Shown here: positions 14,101 through 27,565 of the stretch, in pieces
How the letters are laid out: every line of letters starts with the position of its first letter
How positions within the stretch are numbered: position 1 is the first letter of the stretch
From: Sphyrna mokarran
Lineage: Eukaryota
Direction of reading: 5' to 3'
Assembly: GCA_024679065.1 (NCBI GenBank)
Contig: JAGIQG010000006.1
Span: forward strand, 59,272,001 to 59,336,000
DNA: 64,000 bases
Notes under the pieces: generated by a model
What the model saw: only the letters and a program-made list of their open reading frames with translations
The model's database searches: none
Told to the model about the DNA's origin: nothing
Program-made: the position numbers and the translations under genes

Positions 14101-14430
14101 CAAGGCTTCAAGTCTAAAATATCCCAGCAATCAAAGCAAGACTCTGAGCTTGAGATTATTAAGTTACCACCAGAATGCTAATTGCTTACATCAAATTTTA
14201 TTATTAGTAACATTCAACTCACACATCATGCCCCACAACCACACTCTTTCTTCTTCCACACATCCTCCCCCACCACACACTCTCTTTCCCAACACTCTTT
14301 CCTCTCTCCCACACTATCTCTTTGTTCACCTCCTCAAAAGTCTCTTCTCCCTCTTCTCTCATGCACACTATCACCCACTCAGTTACTCCAATGTTAGTGG
14401 GGGATGCTGCTTGGACTGACTTGTTGGAGA

Positions 14431-14596
14431 CCAGCTGTTTTGGCTGACTGGCCAGTGCCCAGCTGTTCTGGCTGACTGGCCTGGGCCCAGCTGTTCTGGC
14501 CGATTGGCCTGGGCCCAGCTGTTCTGGCTGACTGGCCTGGGCCCAGCTGTTCTGGCTGACTGGTCTGGGCCCAGCTGTTTTGGCTGACTGGCCTGG
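14431..14596. repeat. 28-bp minisatellite, 6 copies
   Basis: Unit CCAGCTGTTCTGGCTGACTGGCCTGGGC, head-to-tail with no spacers. Confidence 0.95.
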
Positions 14597-15457
14597 ACAC
14601 ACACCACTACTCTGGCTGCCTTGCACTCCCGACCCTGAAACTTACCTTCAACACTTACTCTTCCACTTTTTGCTGCTATTTCAATCTCAGGCTGGCTTGT
14701 CTCTGATTTCCCACTGATGGATTCACTAATGAACCTATCAGCAATAAGTACAGGCAGCCTGTGACTGGATCTGAGCAGCTTTCCAATGTTTTTCAAATAT
14801 CCGTCTTTTTCATGTCCAGGTTTGGCAGGTGCACTGAGTTCAGAAGACTGCTAGAAATTGAAGGTGGCAGAGTCTGGTTCAGGCTGCATTACACCATTGT
14901 CGTAGTTTCATCTCAGTTGACTTTAATCAATACTCTTCTTTGCAGGATAGCAAAGTGAAAAAACTTAGGCAGAGGAGTTCTAGAAGTTTGTGTCAGGATG
15001 TAAAACAGCAAACCTTGCAGCAAAAACATGGTCCTTTTAAGATTGTCTGTGTCAACGTTGTGTGAGAATGAAACATAGATGGTCTCTATTGTTATCAGAT
15101 AAGGAATCACTAAATGTAAAAACATTAAATTACCTTGGGGTATAAAAGGACATTATTTATGTAAAGTTAGCAAATAGCCACAAAAACTGATACTGGTTGG
15201 TCATGCAAGATATCCTCACACAGAGCTGAGAATGATAGCATTGAGAAGGAGATTCAATGGATAACAGCCTTAATAAAAAGGACAGTTACTTTGTGTTTTA
15301 TGTGGCAGAGAGAAAGACCATCAAAAGAGAAGAACAAGGCAAGATCAGAGACAAGGGAAAATGAGAGAGGTGAAGAGACAAAGTGAAAGGGACTTGAAGC
15401 CCAAAAGACCAAAGCTCTGAGAGAAGCCATCTGAGCACTCTGCCTTTCAGATCTTAA

Positions 15458-15668
15458 ATAAAAAGTCTCACAACACCAGATTAACGTCCAATAGGTTTAC
15501 TTGGAATCATGAGCTTTCAGAGCATTGCTCCTTCATTAGGTGAGTGGAGAATATTCACCTGAATACTCTGAAAGCTCGTGATTCCAAATTAACCTGTTGG
15601 ACTTTAACTTGGTGTTGTGAGACTTCTTAATGTACCCACTCCAGTCCAATGCTGGCATTGCCACATCA
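15458..15668 (+). mobile_element. Penelope-type hairpin element (family 1)
   Basis: AAGTCTCACAACACCAG... / ...TGGTGTTGTGAGACTT arms; degenerate 12-bp flanking repeat TTCAGATCTTAA / TTCAGATTGTAA. Confidence 0.75.
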
Positions 15669-17814
15669 TTCAGATTGTAACACAGTGGTATAATTAGTAT
15701 TGAACTGTAAATTATCACCTGAGTTTATTGACGTAGTTTATCTGAGAATTTCATAAATTTGACATAAATTTATTTCAATATTGTTAATTCCAGCAATGCT
15801 TTTGCTGGCAAGTCTATTCCTGTTTTAAAAGAGTGCAAGATGCGCAAACTCCAAAAGCAAGTCTTGATCCACTGTGAACACTTTTTGAGAGAAGGTGGGA
15901 ACAGACAGTGCGCATTTCAGCAGGGAAAAGCTTTAGGCAGCTTGGAGACCTTGACTGACACACCACTGATCAAGAACACTCACATAAGAATGATAATACA
16001 TGCGAACAGATGAAGAATAAATGGGCCTTTGAGCAAAAACTAGAATTTATCCAAGATAGGATAAACCAGAGGATAAGAAAAGAAAGGGTGAAAGATCTTC
16101 CTGCTTTCAGCATTCTCTTTTGTGCTCAGTGAGATGCTGAGATTATCAATCTGAAAAATCAGGGAATAGATTGCCTGAAGCAGCAAATTGGAGATTTGAG
16201 AACTATACAAAGAGCAACCAAATGTTGTAGTTGCAGCATATGTTTCACCTCAGCACTAGAACTGCCGTTATGAAGTTCAGAAAGCTGGGAACCATGTGGA
16301 GAATGATGTCTAGAAACACGACACAGCAATAGTGTCCCAAACAAGCTGTTGACAGAGTAGTTCAAAAAGTGAAAAAAAAACCCTCAGGAGCTGAAACAAT
16401 CACTGATGCTTTCAGCTTCTGTGCCGAGAAGATGATTTTAAGATTATGCAAGAGGGAAAACAGCTAGCAGGGGAAGATTTATGTTAAAGAGCCCAAAGCA
16501 ATAGCTAAAACTGCTGTGAGAAGAATAAGTGTCATTTCTGTTTTTAGGGAGTGAAAACAATTGTGTTTTTGTTATATGTGTGTGAATGTTGGAAACTCCC
16601 TATGTCTGTTTATTTCTATATGTACTTGTGCTCTCTACAGAACTGAAAGCTGTTAACCCCTTGTTGTCTGGTCTTTAAAATTGAAAGTATAAATTTGTTA
16701 CTCATTCTATTTATACATGTGCATGTTTTAGTGGGAAACCTGAGTCATATTTTGGTTGTGAATGAGTTGATAGCTGTGTGTTCCTGGGTTTGGGGATGGG
16801 AAAGTAATACAAATCTTCTGAATGGGGACTCTTGTGAAAAAGAGTCATATTCAGCTCAAAACGCTATCTCTGTTTCTCACTCCACAGATGCTGCCAGACC
16901 AGTTGAGCTTTTACAGCATTATCTGTTTTTATTTCAGAGTTCAAGCATATGCAGTATTTTGTTTTTATTTAATACAGATCTTGGTATTTTCAATTCATAA
17001 GCCATTAAGGAATCAATATTTTGAAGTTGAATGAAACCATGATTCCCATATGACTCTTCTTCATTGTATCCCTACCTTGAGGCTACATGGGGTGTGCTGC
17101 CCACCCTTCTCTTATCTAACTGGCCAATTTCTTATCAAGCATCCACTAATTAGCTGCAATATGCATTATTCAGCCTATAAAGGGCAGGAGTCAACTGATT
17201 ATGTACTTCCAGGTCAGTCTGTCACATGCTGCCCAACAGCATAAAATTCCTCCCAAAATTTTTTAGAATGGGAGATGTGAAAGTTACCTCTAAACATTGC
17301 AAACGCTTTTGTCTCTGATGTAACAGCAGCATTTAAAACCAGCAAGCCTAATCATAATTGTTTCTGAAATTGGAATTGGTCAAGTTAATTGATGAGAATT
17401 TCCAACCCTCAAAGGAAAATTTACTTGAAATTTAAGGGGATAATCAACTGGGCTTTCTAACAAAATAAACCCATGGAGAATCAGTCTAAGTGGTTTCTAG
17501 ATATTGAGAAAAAGAGGAAAGTATGTTGTAGGGAGGAAATAATTGAACACTAACAAAATCTGTCAGCCCAACAATATTGCTATTTGAATTTAGTGTAAGT
17601 TGAAATGCAAGACAAACATGTCAGACACATTTATTAAATGGTTACATTTAAGAAAATAAAACTGAACCCAAAATAAAGAACCCAAATAAAATTTTCTCAT
17701 AGCTGGGATCAGTTTAGGAATGTCTGATTTCTCTTTTAAAGACACTGTGGCAATATTTTATTAGACTGTAAGGTATCCTCAAGGTTTCTGAATGAGATGG
17801 AATAGCAATTAATG

Positions 17815-18160
17815 GGATTTTTTTATCCATTCATGGGACATGTATGTCGGTGGCCGGCCAGCATTTATTGCCCATACCTAGTTGTCCAAGGGAAGTTGAA
17901 AGTCAAACACATTGCTGTGGCTCTGAAGTGACATGTAGGCCAAACCAGGTAAGGGCGGCAGATTTCCTTCCCTAAAGGACATTAGTGAAACAGATAAGCT
18001 TTTCCAACAATTGATAATGGTTACTTTTAATCATCATTCTTAATTCTTAATTCCAGATATGTTTTATTCCAGCATCTGCTGTGGCAGGATTCGGACTGGG
18101 TCCTCAGACCATTAACTGAGTTTCTGGAATAATCGTCCAGTGATAATAACACTAGGTCAT
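17815..18160. mobile_element. Interspersed SINE-like repeat
   Basis: Shares CACATTGCTGTG...TTCCTTCCCTAAAG with 34430-34720. Confidence 0.5.
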
Positions 18161-18601
18161 CACATCTTCCGTAATGTCCCATGAATGGATGCCCCATTTA
18201 GAGAAAAGAGACAGGAAAATTACACCACTGAATGTATATGGGAGAAAAAAACAAGACAAGAGCCAAGGGATGAAAAGAGAGAGGGTCTCAAAAAGCAAAA
18301 GACTAAAGCTGTGAGTTAAATAATCCATGTGCTTATCTTAGAACTTAATAAGCTTGTCCTTTGTCTCAATAAAGTAAACTAACACCAAAGCTTTTCTGCC
18401 AAGCTGATTGGTGTCTTAAGAGGGTATAAGATCCCCAAAAGCTTACAGGACAGCCTGCCTCTGTCTCCACCAAAGGATGTATCACGTAGAGACAACGGGA
18501 AGAATAAATTAAAGAAATTGTGATTCACAAAGCCTACACAATAGATGTATGACAATATGTTATGCAGATTCCTTTTTTTTCATATGTGGTAACACACATA
18601 C

Positions 18602-19638
18602 TTATTGATTAGCATCACTTCCATGTCCTGCCCATTAGTGCATCCCATGTGTCAATTTCTCTCCCACATGTTTCATGATAAATGTCTTTGCCTTACAAGA
18701 CCAGATGTATAACAGGTGGAAAAGTGACTGAGGACTATTGAATGCAAAGACCGAATGGCCCTGACTGTGAGAGCAGATCATAGAATTTCATTTCTTAATG
18801 TTTCATGCTAAGTGAACCTTTGTGACATGGCTTCCCAGACAGCAACGATGATTGATATCATATCTTCATCCTTCTTCTCCTCAGCTCCTTCTCCTCTATA
18901 TTCTCCTGATCTGCAAATGATTGATGAGATCTTTTGTCATCTTCCACCTGGAATCCTCTTTGGTGTGCAGGATTTTCATTAATCATTCTGAACAGCATGG
19001 TTGGAGATACTAAAGGGCACTTTCAAATCTATCAAGAGATCTGAGCCTTGTTTGACTTGGGAATTTCTTGTCTCCTATGAACCAACTTGACGTCTGCTTC
19101 CTGGAACAAGAATACCTAAATGTAGGAATTCCTTCCTTTTCAGTTGTACACCAGCTGTATATGTTTGGAAAAACATCTTGCAGTTGACAGCAGTGTTCAC
19201 TTTTATTGCCACTGGCAATCTGTAGCCAACAAGTACGATATAGATAGTGCCTTCTTCGACATTGAGCCCTTTTTGCATAAATTCTTGTTTAAACACCTCT
19301 TTCCTGTACACACTCCTGCACACCTCTCTCTTATACACATATCTCCTGTACAACTCTCTCCTGTACACCTCTCTTCTGTACCCTTTTCCTTTGCACACCT
19401 TTCTTCTGCACACCTCTCTCCTGTATACCTCTCCTCTGAACACCTGTTTCCTGCACATCATTCTTCTGTACACCTTTTTCCTGCACACTTCTTTCCTGCA
19501 TAACTCTCTTCTGTACATCTCTCTTCTGCACACCTCTCTCCTGCACACTTCTCTTCTGCACACCTCTCTCTTCTACACATCCCTACCTTACATATGCTGA
19601 TCCCATCTTAGCACAGCATGCATGTAGGAAACGTCTTC
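18602..19638 (-). pseudogene. Candidate decayed tail exon containing a 5-codon repeat
   Basis: Acceptor-like aaaacag and donor-like AA|gtatgt; reads as VQERG-type repeats and ENPAHQRGFQVEDDKRSHQSFADQENIEEKE. Confidence 0.25.
19290..19577. repeat. Degenerate 15-bp tandem repeat (~19 copies)
   Basis: Unit approximately CTGCACACCTCTCTC. Confidence 0.9.
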
Positions 19639-20109
19639 CTGTTTTGATGTGCTGTCTCATCCGAATTTTGTAACTTTGAAATCGTTAAACTGACGAAGGA
19701 ACGCCATTTCCAAAAGCTTGTGAGATTACTATCAAATAAACTGGTTGAACTCTAACGTGATGCTGTGAGATTTTTTAGCGTTTTCCGAAGCCAGACCTGT
19801 GGATATGAAATTTGGAGCCAACTTAAAGTCAATTTGTAAAACCCTTATTAAAATTTCTCCAGGACATTAATCATACCAGTAACTACCTGTCTAGCAGCAA
19901 TGATTAAATTCCCAACTTTGGTGTGAATATTTTGGTGGCATCGAAATGTGCCTTCATTAAAACTGAAAGGAGGCTCATTGAAGCAAGTTCATGTGCCAGA
20001 TTGAAAAATCAACAATTTTAACTCCCCACCCGTCACCAATCCACCTGTTAAAATCCATCCGTTGTCCTTTCAAAATGTATCTATTAGTGTCCCAAGTATG
20101 CTTACAGAA

Positions 20110-20360
20110 GCATGCAATGAAGTTACTGTGAAAATCCCCTAGTCACCGCACTCTTGCGCTTGTTCGGGTTCACTGAGGGAGAATTTAGCTTGACTAATCC
20201 ACCCAACAAACATATGTTTTGGACTGTGGAAGGAAATTGGAGCACCCGGAAGAAACCCATGCAGACATGGGGACAATGTGTGATCCAAGTCGGAAATTGA
20301 ACCCAAGTCGCTGGTACCGTGAGACAGCAGTGTCAACCATTGTATCACCATGCAGCCCCA
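20110..20360 (-). mobile_element. HE1-type SINE
   Basis: Same core as the other copies. Confidence 0.8.
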
Positions 20361-20399
20361 CATGAATGGAGCTGCTTTAGCTGACAGTGTAGGGATGAT

Positions 20400-21287
20400 T
20401 AATTAATGTTGATAGAATTATGGACATTAAGGAAATGTACTCTTGGGGTTTGTGTCATTCCAATCTTGTATTTTAATTCAGTTCCCTTGCATTGCTGTGA
20501 CAGCAAAAGCAGGTCATCTTGCCTGATGTGTTCTCAGACTCTGAAGTTTCCTCTGTTAACCCAGGCTAAACAGTGAAACATAGGGGGACATTGGATGCAA
20601 TGGATTTCCTTTCAATCCCACCTTGATTTTTGTCCTGGATGAGAAGATTGCTAGCTTTCCTTTTTGGTGCCTGCCATGTATAAATGTTTCTCAGATGATG
20701 GGGCTTTTACTGTAGCAGTAGTAAGTTCCCTTCGTCACTGGTTGGAGGATTGGCTGATAGTGGTCTTCCTCTCTCTCTCTCTCTCTCTTCATATTGCCCC
20801 TAAACACAACCAACTGAATGTCTCATTCTGAGTCCATCAGTGTCCGAAATGAGAAAAGATGTAGTAATATTTTCTGTCAGGATACTCCAGATTCTGTCAG
20901 GATTCTCCAGATAACAAAGCATCTCTAACAGAAATGTTGATACATCTTTAGTCTTTCTGCTGATATTCCTGATCCTTCTTCTCAGTGCTCGATATTAATT
21001 TAGTTTCTCGCTGATCTTTTTGCAAAACCAGTTTGACTCCATTATTGCACAGTGAATAGATGTACACATTGAGCTTCAGGTGGACCAGATGATTGCTCAT
21101 GCCAGCTCGATCCATTTCTTTAGAATATGAATTACCTCTTACAGTATACTGTAAGATATGGTTTGTCTTCTTTACTTATCACATATTGATTTACAGTTTT
21201 AATAAACAGTCCAACAGCATCTCCACAATTCAGTTAGGAATCTTCCTCTTTCCACAGCTTTGCCTTCTGGTCTCATGAGGCAATTTC
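20400..21287 (-). pseudogene. Candidate decayed hydrophilic tail exon
   Basis: Acceptor-like ccacacag; purine-rich minus strand; not a recognisable repeat; no motif match. Confidence 0.2.
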
Positions 21288-21793
21288 CTGTGTGGTAATA
21301 TGTCATAGATTACTGCAAATTAAATACATGATATCTATGGTTGCCGCTGTCACTACCTCAATTATTTTTTCATTTACTGTTGGGATGCGGGGATTACTGG
21401 CTTGGCCAACATTTATTGTCTATCCCTAATTGCTCTTGAGAAGGTGATTGCGAATGGTCTTCTTGAACAGTCGCTGTTGCAGGGTGTAGGTGCATCCACA
21501 GTGCTATTAGGTTAGCAGTTCCAGGATGTTGGCCTGTGACATTGAAGGAATTGTGATGTATTTCCAAATCAGAATAGTATATGACTTACAGGGAGGCTTG
21601 CAGGTGGCAGTGTTTCCATGCTCTTGTTGCCCTTGTTCTTCTACATGGTAGAGATCATAGGTTTGGAAGGTGTTATTAAAGGAGCTTTGCAGGTTGCTAA
21701 AGTACTTCTAACAAATGGTAAAGACTGCTGCAATAGTAGATAAGGGCATGCATTTGCTGTTGTCTAAATAGACTTTAGCAAGGTCTTTGACAA

Positions 21794-22569
21794 AGAGCAT
21801 AGAACATAGAACATTACAGCACAGAACAGGCCCTTCGGCCTTCGATGTTGCGCCGACCAATATAAAAAGCAATGCCCCTCCAAACTAACCATTCCCTTCT
21901 CTTCCATATACTTATCAACTAACCTCTTAAACGCCACCAAACTTGGCGCATCTACAACTGCTGCAGGCAGGGCATTCCACTCCCGAACCACCCTTTGGGT
22001 AAAGAACCTACCTCTGATATCCGTCCTATACTATCACCCCTTAATTTAAAGCTGTGTCCCCTCGTGCTAGCTTTCTCCATCCTAGGAAAAAGGCTATCAC
22101 TGTCCACCCTATCTAAACCTCTATTCATCTTATATGCTTCAATAAGATCCCCTCTTAGCCGCCTCCTTTCTAACGAAAACAACCTCAAATCCTTCAACCT
22201 CTCTTCATAGGACCTGCCCTCCATACCAGGCAAACCTCCTGGTAAACCTCCTCTGTACCCTCTCCAATGCCTCCACATCTTTCTTATAATGTGGGGACCA
22301 GAACTGCACACAATACTCCAAGTGCGGCCGCACTAGAGTTTTGTACAGTTGCAACATGACATTGCGGCTCCGAAATTCAATCCCTCTACCAATAAAAGCC
22401 AAGACTCCATCTGCCTTCCTAACCACCTTCTCGACCTGACTGCCTACTTTCAGGGATCTATGCACATACACACCAAGATCCCTCTGTTCATCTAGACTAC
22501 TAAGAATCCTACCATTTGCCCTATACTCTACACATTTATTATTTCTGCCATAGTGCATTACCTCACACT
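21794..22569 (-). mobile_element. Young 5'-truncated CR1 inserted in an older plus-strand CR1
   Basis: RPHLEYCVQFWSPHYKKD; nearly identical to 30850-31630; flanked by TTTGACAA at 21786-21793 and 22570-22577. Confidence 0.9.
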
Positions 22570-25500
22570 TTTGACAAGGTACCACATAGTCAATTGATGC
22601 ATGAAGTTAAATCTCACGGGATCCAGAGTAAGATAGCTAAATGGATATAAAATTTGCTTAATGACAGAAGACAAAGAGTGGCTATAGAGAGTTGTTTTCC
22701 AAACTGGAGGTCTGTAACCAGCGGTGTGCCTCAGGGATCGGTGTTGGGTCCACTTTTATTTGTCATTTACATTAATAATTTGGATGAGAATATAGGAGGC
22801 ATGGTTAGTAAGATGCAGATGACACAAAGATTGGTGGCATAGTGGATAGTGAAGAAGGTTATCTCTGATTGCAACTGGATCTTGATCAATTGGGCCAATG
22901 GGCTGACAAATGGCAGAAGTTTAATTTAGATTGAACGAGGGCAGGACTTAGTTAATGGAGGTACATAGAACATAGAACAATACAGCACAAACAGGCCCTT
23001 CATTCCACGAGTTGCGCCGATCACATCTATATCTACCAATCCACAGACCTATCTATAACCCCCTATCCCATTCGTTTCCATATACTCATCCAGAAGTCTC
23101 TTAAAAGACCCCAGTGAGTTTGCCTCTACCACCTCCGACGGCAGCCGATTCCATACACTCACCACCCTCTGAGTGAAAAACTTACCCCTAACATCCCCTC
23201 TGTATTTGCTTCCCTGCACCTTAAATCTGTGTCCTCTTGTAGTGACCCTTTCAGCTCGGGGAAATAGTCTCTGAGAATCCACCCTATCTATTCCTCTCAG
23301 CATTTTATAAACCTCTATCAGGTCGCCCCTCAACCTACGTCTCTCCAGTGAGAAGAGTCCCAGCTCCCTCAACCTATCATCATAAGGCCTGCCTCCAATC
23401 CAGGCAGCATCGTTGTAAATCTCCTCTGCACTCTCTCAATAGCCTCTACATCCTTCCTAAAGTGAGGCGACCAGAACTGCGCACAGTACTCCAAGTGGGG
23501 TCAGACAAGGGTCTTATAGAGCTGCATCATTTCCTCCTGACTCCTAAACTCTATTCCTCGATTAATGAAGGTCAGTACACCGTACACCTTCTTGACCACT
23601 TCCTCCACCTGCGAGGCCGATTTAAGAGTCCTATGGACCCGGACCCCGAGATCCTTCTGCTCTACAACACAGCTAAGACTCCTACCCCTTATATTGTACT
23701 CCTTCATTCCATTATTCCTGCCAAAATGGACCACTACACATTTATCTGCGTTGAAGTCCATCTGCCACTTCTCCGCCCATTCTTGCATCCTGTCTATGTC
23801 CCGCTGCAACTTTTGACATCCCTCCAGACCATCCACAACACCACCGACCTTTGTATCGTCGGCGAACTTATTAACCCATCCCTCCACTTCCTCATCCAGG
23901 TCATTTATGAAAATGACAAACAGCAGAGGTCCCAGAACAGATCCCTGGGGCACTCCACTGGTTACCGACCTCCATGCAGAACAAGACCCATCCACAACCA
24001 TTCTCTGCCTTCTGCTGGCAAGCCAGTTCTGGATCCACGAGGCCAAAGCCCCTTGGATCCCATGCCCTCTCACCTTCTCCAGAAGCCTTGCATGGGGGAC
24101 CTTATCAAATGCCTTGCTAAAATCCATGTATACTACGTCCACCACTCTTCCTTCGTCAATGTGTTCAGTCACATTTTTGAAGAACTCAACTAGGCTCATA
24201 AGGCATGACCTGCCCTTGACAAAACCATGCTGACTATTTCTGATCAGTTTAAACTTCTCCAAATGTTTATAAATCTTATCCCTCAGAAGCCTCTCCATCA
24301 GCTTACCAACCACTGAAGTCAGACTCACCGGTCGGTAATTTCCTGGACTATCCTTGTTCCCTTTTTTAAAGATAGGAACCACATCTGCAATCCTCCAATC
24401 CTCCGGAACCTCTCCTGTTTCCAGATGCAAATATCATCGCCAGGGGCTCTGCAACCACTTCCCTCACCTCCCACAATAACCAGGGGTACATCCCATCCGG
24501 TCCCGGCGACTTGTCTATCTTGATAGAATTTAACAGGTTTAACATATCCTCTTTCCTAACATCCACATACTCAATCTTTTCCGTTTGCCTCAAACCTGCA
24601 GTCCAACCTCCCAGTTCACTTTCCACCGTGAATACCGAGGCAAAGTACTCGTTAAGCATCTCTGCCATTTCTTCCAGATTCACACAGACTTTTCCCCCTT
24701 CACCTTTTATAGGCCCTATCCCTTCTCTTCTCATCCTTTTACTTTTCACATATTTGTAGAAGGCCTTGGGATTCTCCTTAATCTTACCTGCCAAGGCCTT
24801 CTCATGACCCCTTCTGGCTTTCCTAATTTCCTTTTTAAGCTCCCTTCTACACACCTTATACTCCTCTAGATCCCTAACATCTCCTAGCTCTCTGAACCTT
24901 TTATACACCTTTCTTTTCTTCCTGACTAGGTTCACGACAACCTTCATGCACCACGGTTCCCATGTCCTACCAAAACTTCCTTGTCTCCTCGGAGCGTTGT
25001 CTTGCAGAACCCCAGACAAACATTCCTCGAATATCTGCCACTTTCCTTCTGTACTCTTCCCCAAGAACGCCTCCTTCCAGTTTACTCATCCAATCACCTG
25101 CCTAATGTTTTCATATTTCCCCTTACTCCAGACAAACACCTTCTTAGTCTGCCTGATCCTATCTCCTTTCATTGTTATCGTGAAAGAGATAGAATTATGA
25201 TCTCCATTCCCAAGATGCTCACCTACCATGAGATCTGACACCTGTCCTGGCTCATTAGCTAGCACCAGGTCAAGTACAGCCTCTCCTCTTGTAGGCTTTT
25301 CCACGTACTGTGTCAGGAAACCTTCCTGAACACACCTAACAAACTCCTCCCCATCCAAACCCCTTACCCTTGAGATATTCCAGTTGATGTTTGGGAAATT
25401 GAAATCTCCCATCACGACAACCCTGTTATTTCTACATCTGTCTAGGATATCTGTTTCCCTATCTGCACCTCAACTTCCCTGTCGCTATTGGGTGGCCTAT

Positions 25501-26205
25501 AGAATACACCCAGCAAAGTTATCGACCCTTTGCTGTTCCTAACTTCCACCCACAGGGACTCCGTAGACATTCCCTCCACGTCTTCCACCTTCTCTGCAGC
25601 CATGACACTGTCCCTGATCAACAGTGCCACACCACCACCTCTTTTACCCCCAACCCTGTCCCTCCTGAAGCATCTGAATTCCATCTGTAGGCCACTGGGG
25701 AGAGTTACAAAACAGAGAGGTCTAAGGGTACAGGTTTTTAGCTCCTTGAAAGTGGAGTCACAGGTGGACAGAGTGATGAAGAAGGCTTCCAGCATGTTTG
25801 GTTGCATTGATCAGAACACTGAATACAGGAGTTAGGATATTTTGTTGAAATTGATAAGACCATATTTAGAATACTGTGTACAGTTCTGGTCACCCTATTA
25901 TAGAAAGAATATTATTAAACTAGAAAGAATACAGAAAAGATTTACTAGGGTGCCACTGGGATTTGATGGTTTGGGTTGTAACAAGAAGCTGAATAGACTG
26001 GAACATTTTTCTCTGGACTGTAGAAGGCTGAAGGGTGATCTTGTAGAGGTCTATAAAATAATAAGGGCCATCAATCAGCTCGATAGTCAATATATTTTCC
26101 CAAAGTAGGAGAGTCTAAAACTCGAGGGCTCAGGTTTAAGGTGAGAGGAAAGATATACAAAAGGTCCAGAGGGCCAATTTTTTCACACAGAGCATGATGA
26201 GATCT
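22570..26205 (+). mobile_element. Older CR1 RT region, split by the 22965-25680 insertion
   Basis: SGVPQGSVLGPLLFVIYINNLD before the insertion; RPYLEYCVQFWSPYY after it. Confidence 0.85.
22965..25680 (-). mobile_element. CR1 ORF2 (endonuclease-RT, ~2.7 kb) with frameshifts and stops
   Basis: GDFNFPNINW, KSPGPDG, NYRPVSLTS, DFSKAFDKV, KFADDTK; (TTCTATG)n tail. Confidence 0.95.
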
Positions 26206-26224
26206 GTAGAGATATTAGTAGAGA

Positions 26225-27465
26225 TGAGTGGATGGGAATGATGATAAGTTAGGTTGCGAATGACACAATGATTGGCTGGGTGGTTAATAATGAAAAAGAA
26301 AGTCTTAGCTTGCAGTAAGTCATAGATGGGTTAATCAGATGGGCAATTCACTGGCAAATGGAATGCACTCCAGAAAAGTGAAAAGAAAGTCGCTTTGGAA
26401 GGAGTAACGAGACAAGGGAGTATTCAATGAACAGCAGAACACTAAAAGTTTAGAGGAATAGAGGGATCTTGGGGTACCTGTCCACAGATCTGTGAAGACA
26501 ACAGAACAGGTTAATAGGATAGTTAAAAAGGCATACAGGACACTTGCCTTTATCAGTTGTGGCATATATTGTAACAGCAGGTCAGGTTATGTTGGAGAAG
26601 TACAAATCTTTGGTTAGGCTATAGCTGGAGTACTGTGTGCAGTTCTGGTCACCTCATTTTAGAAAGGATGCGATTGCACTGGAAAGGGTACAGAGGGGAT
26701 TCACCAGGATGCCTGAGATGGTGTATTTGAACAATTGAGAGAGTCTGAATAATCGTGGATCCTTTTCTTTCGAGTAGAAAAGGCTGAGGGGAGATCTGAT
26801 TGAAGTATTGAAGATTATGAGGGTCATGGACATAGTGAATAGGAAGCAGCTGTTGAAGCATTAATAATGAAGATATAATTTTAAGGTGGGGGGGCAGGAA
26901 GTTTAGTTTAATGTTTATTTATTACTGTCACAAATAAGCTTACATTGACATTGCAATTAAGTTATTATGAAAAATCCTCTAGTTGCCACATTCACTAGTT
27001 TGGGTACACTGAAGGAGAATTTAGCACGGCCAGTACAGCTAACCAACCCCTTTTGGACTGTGAGGACAGTGGGAGGAAACCGGAGCACCCAGAGAAAACT
27101 CACATAGACACAGGAGAAATTCCACACTGACAGTGATCCAAGCCGGAAATTGAACCTGGGTCCTTGATGCTGTGAGACAGTACTGTTAATCACGTTCCCA
27201 CATTTAGAGAGAATCTCAGGAAATATATTTTCACCCAGAGGGTGATGGGAATCCACTGTCTGTGAGAGCAGTAGAGGTAAGAAAATGCACAACCTTTAAA
27301 AAAACATGTGAATGAGCACTTGAAATGTCATAACAGTCGAGGCTGTGGGACAAGTGCTGGAAAGTGGGATTAGTGTAGTTTGAGATTTAGTGTAGTTTTG
27401 TTGGTGCAGATTTGATGGGCTGAAGAGCTACTTCCGTAGTGTATGACTCTCCATGACTCTCTCTC
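26225..27465 (+). mobile_element. Decayed CR1 3' part with nested minus-strand SINE (~26910-27200)
   Basis: LEYCVQFWSPHFRKD; SINE core in the middle. Confidence 0.75.
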
Positions 27466-27565
27466 ACTCTTTCTATGAGTCATAATCACTGTCTGCAGTG
27501 ACAATTAGGATTTAAAGTTCAACTTACGTGTGTCCTTAGAGTCACAACTTTGGGTCACATTACCT

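Noticed and set aside
14431-14596. CRISPR-like array or repeat-protein ORFs (14219-14796)
   Set aside because: Contiguous units with no spacers in a vertebrate context; the ORFs are by-products of a stop-free repeat.
23348-24193. 281-aa plus-strand ORF
   Set aside because: Antisense shadow of the CR1 reverse transcriptase.
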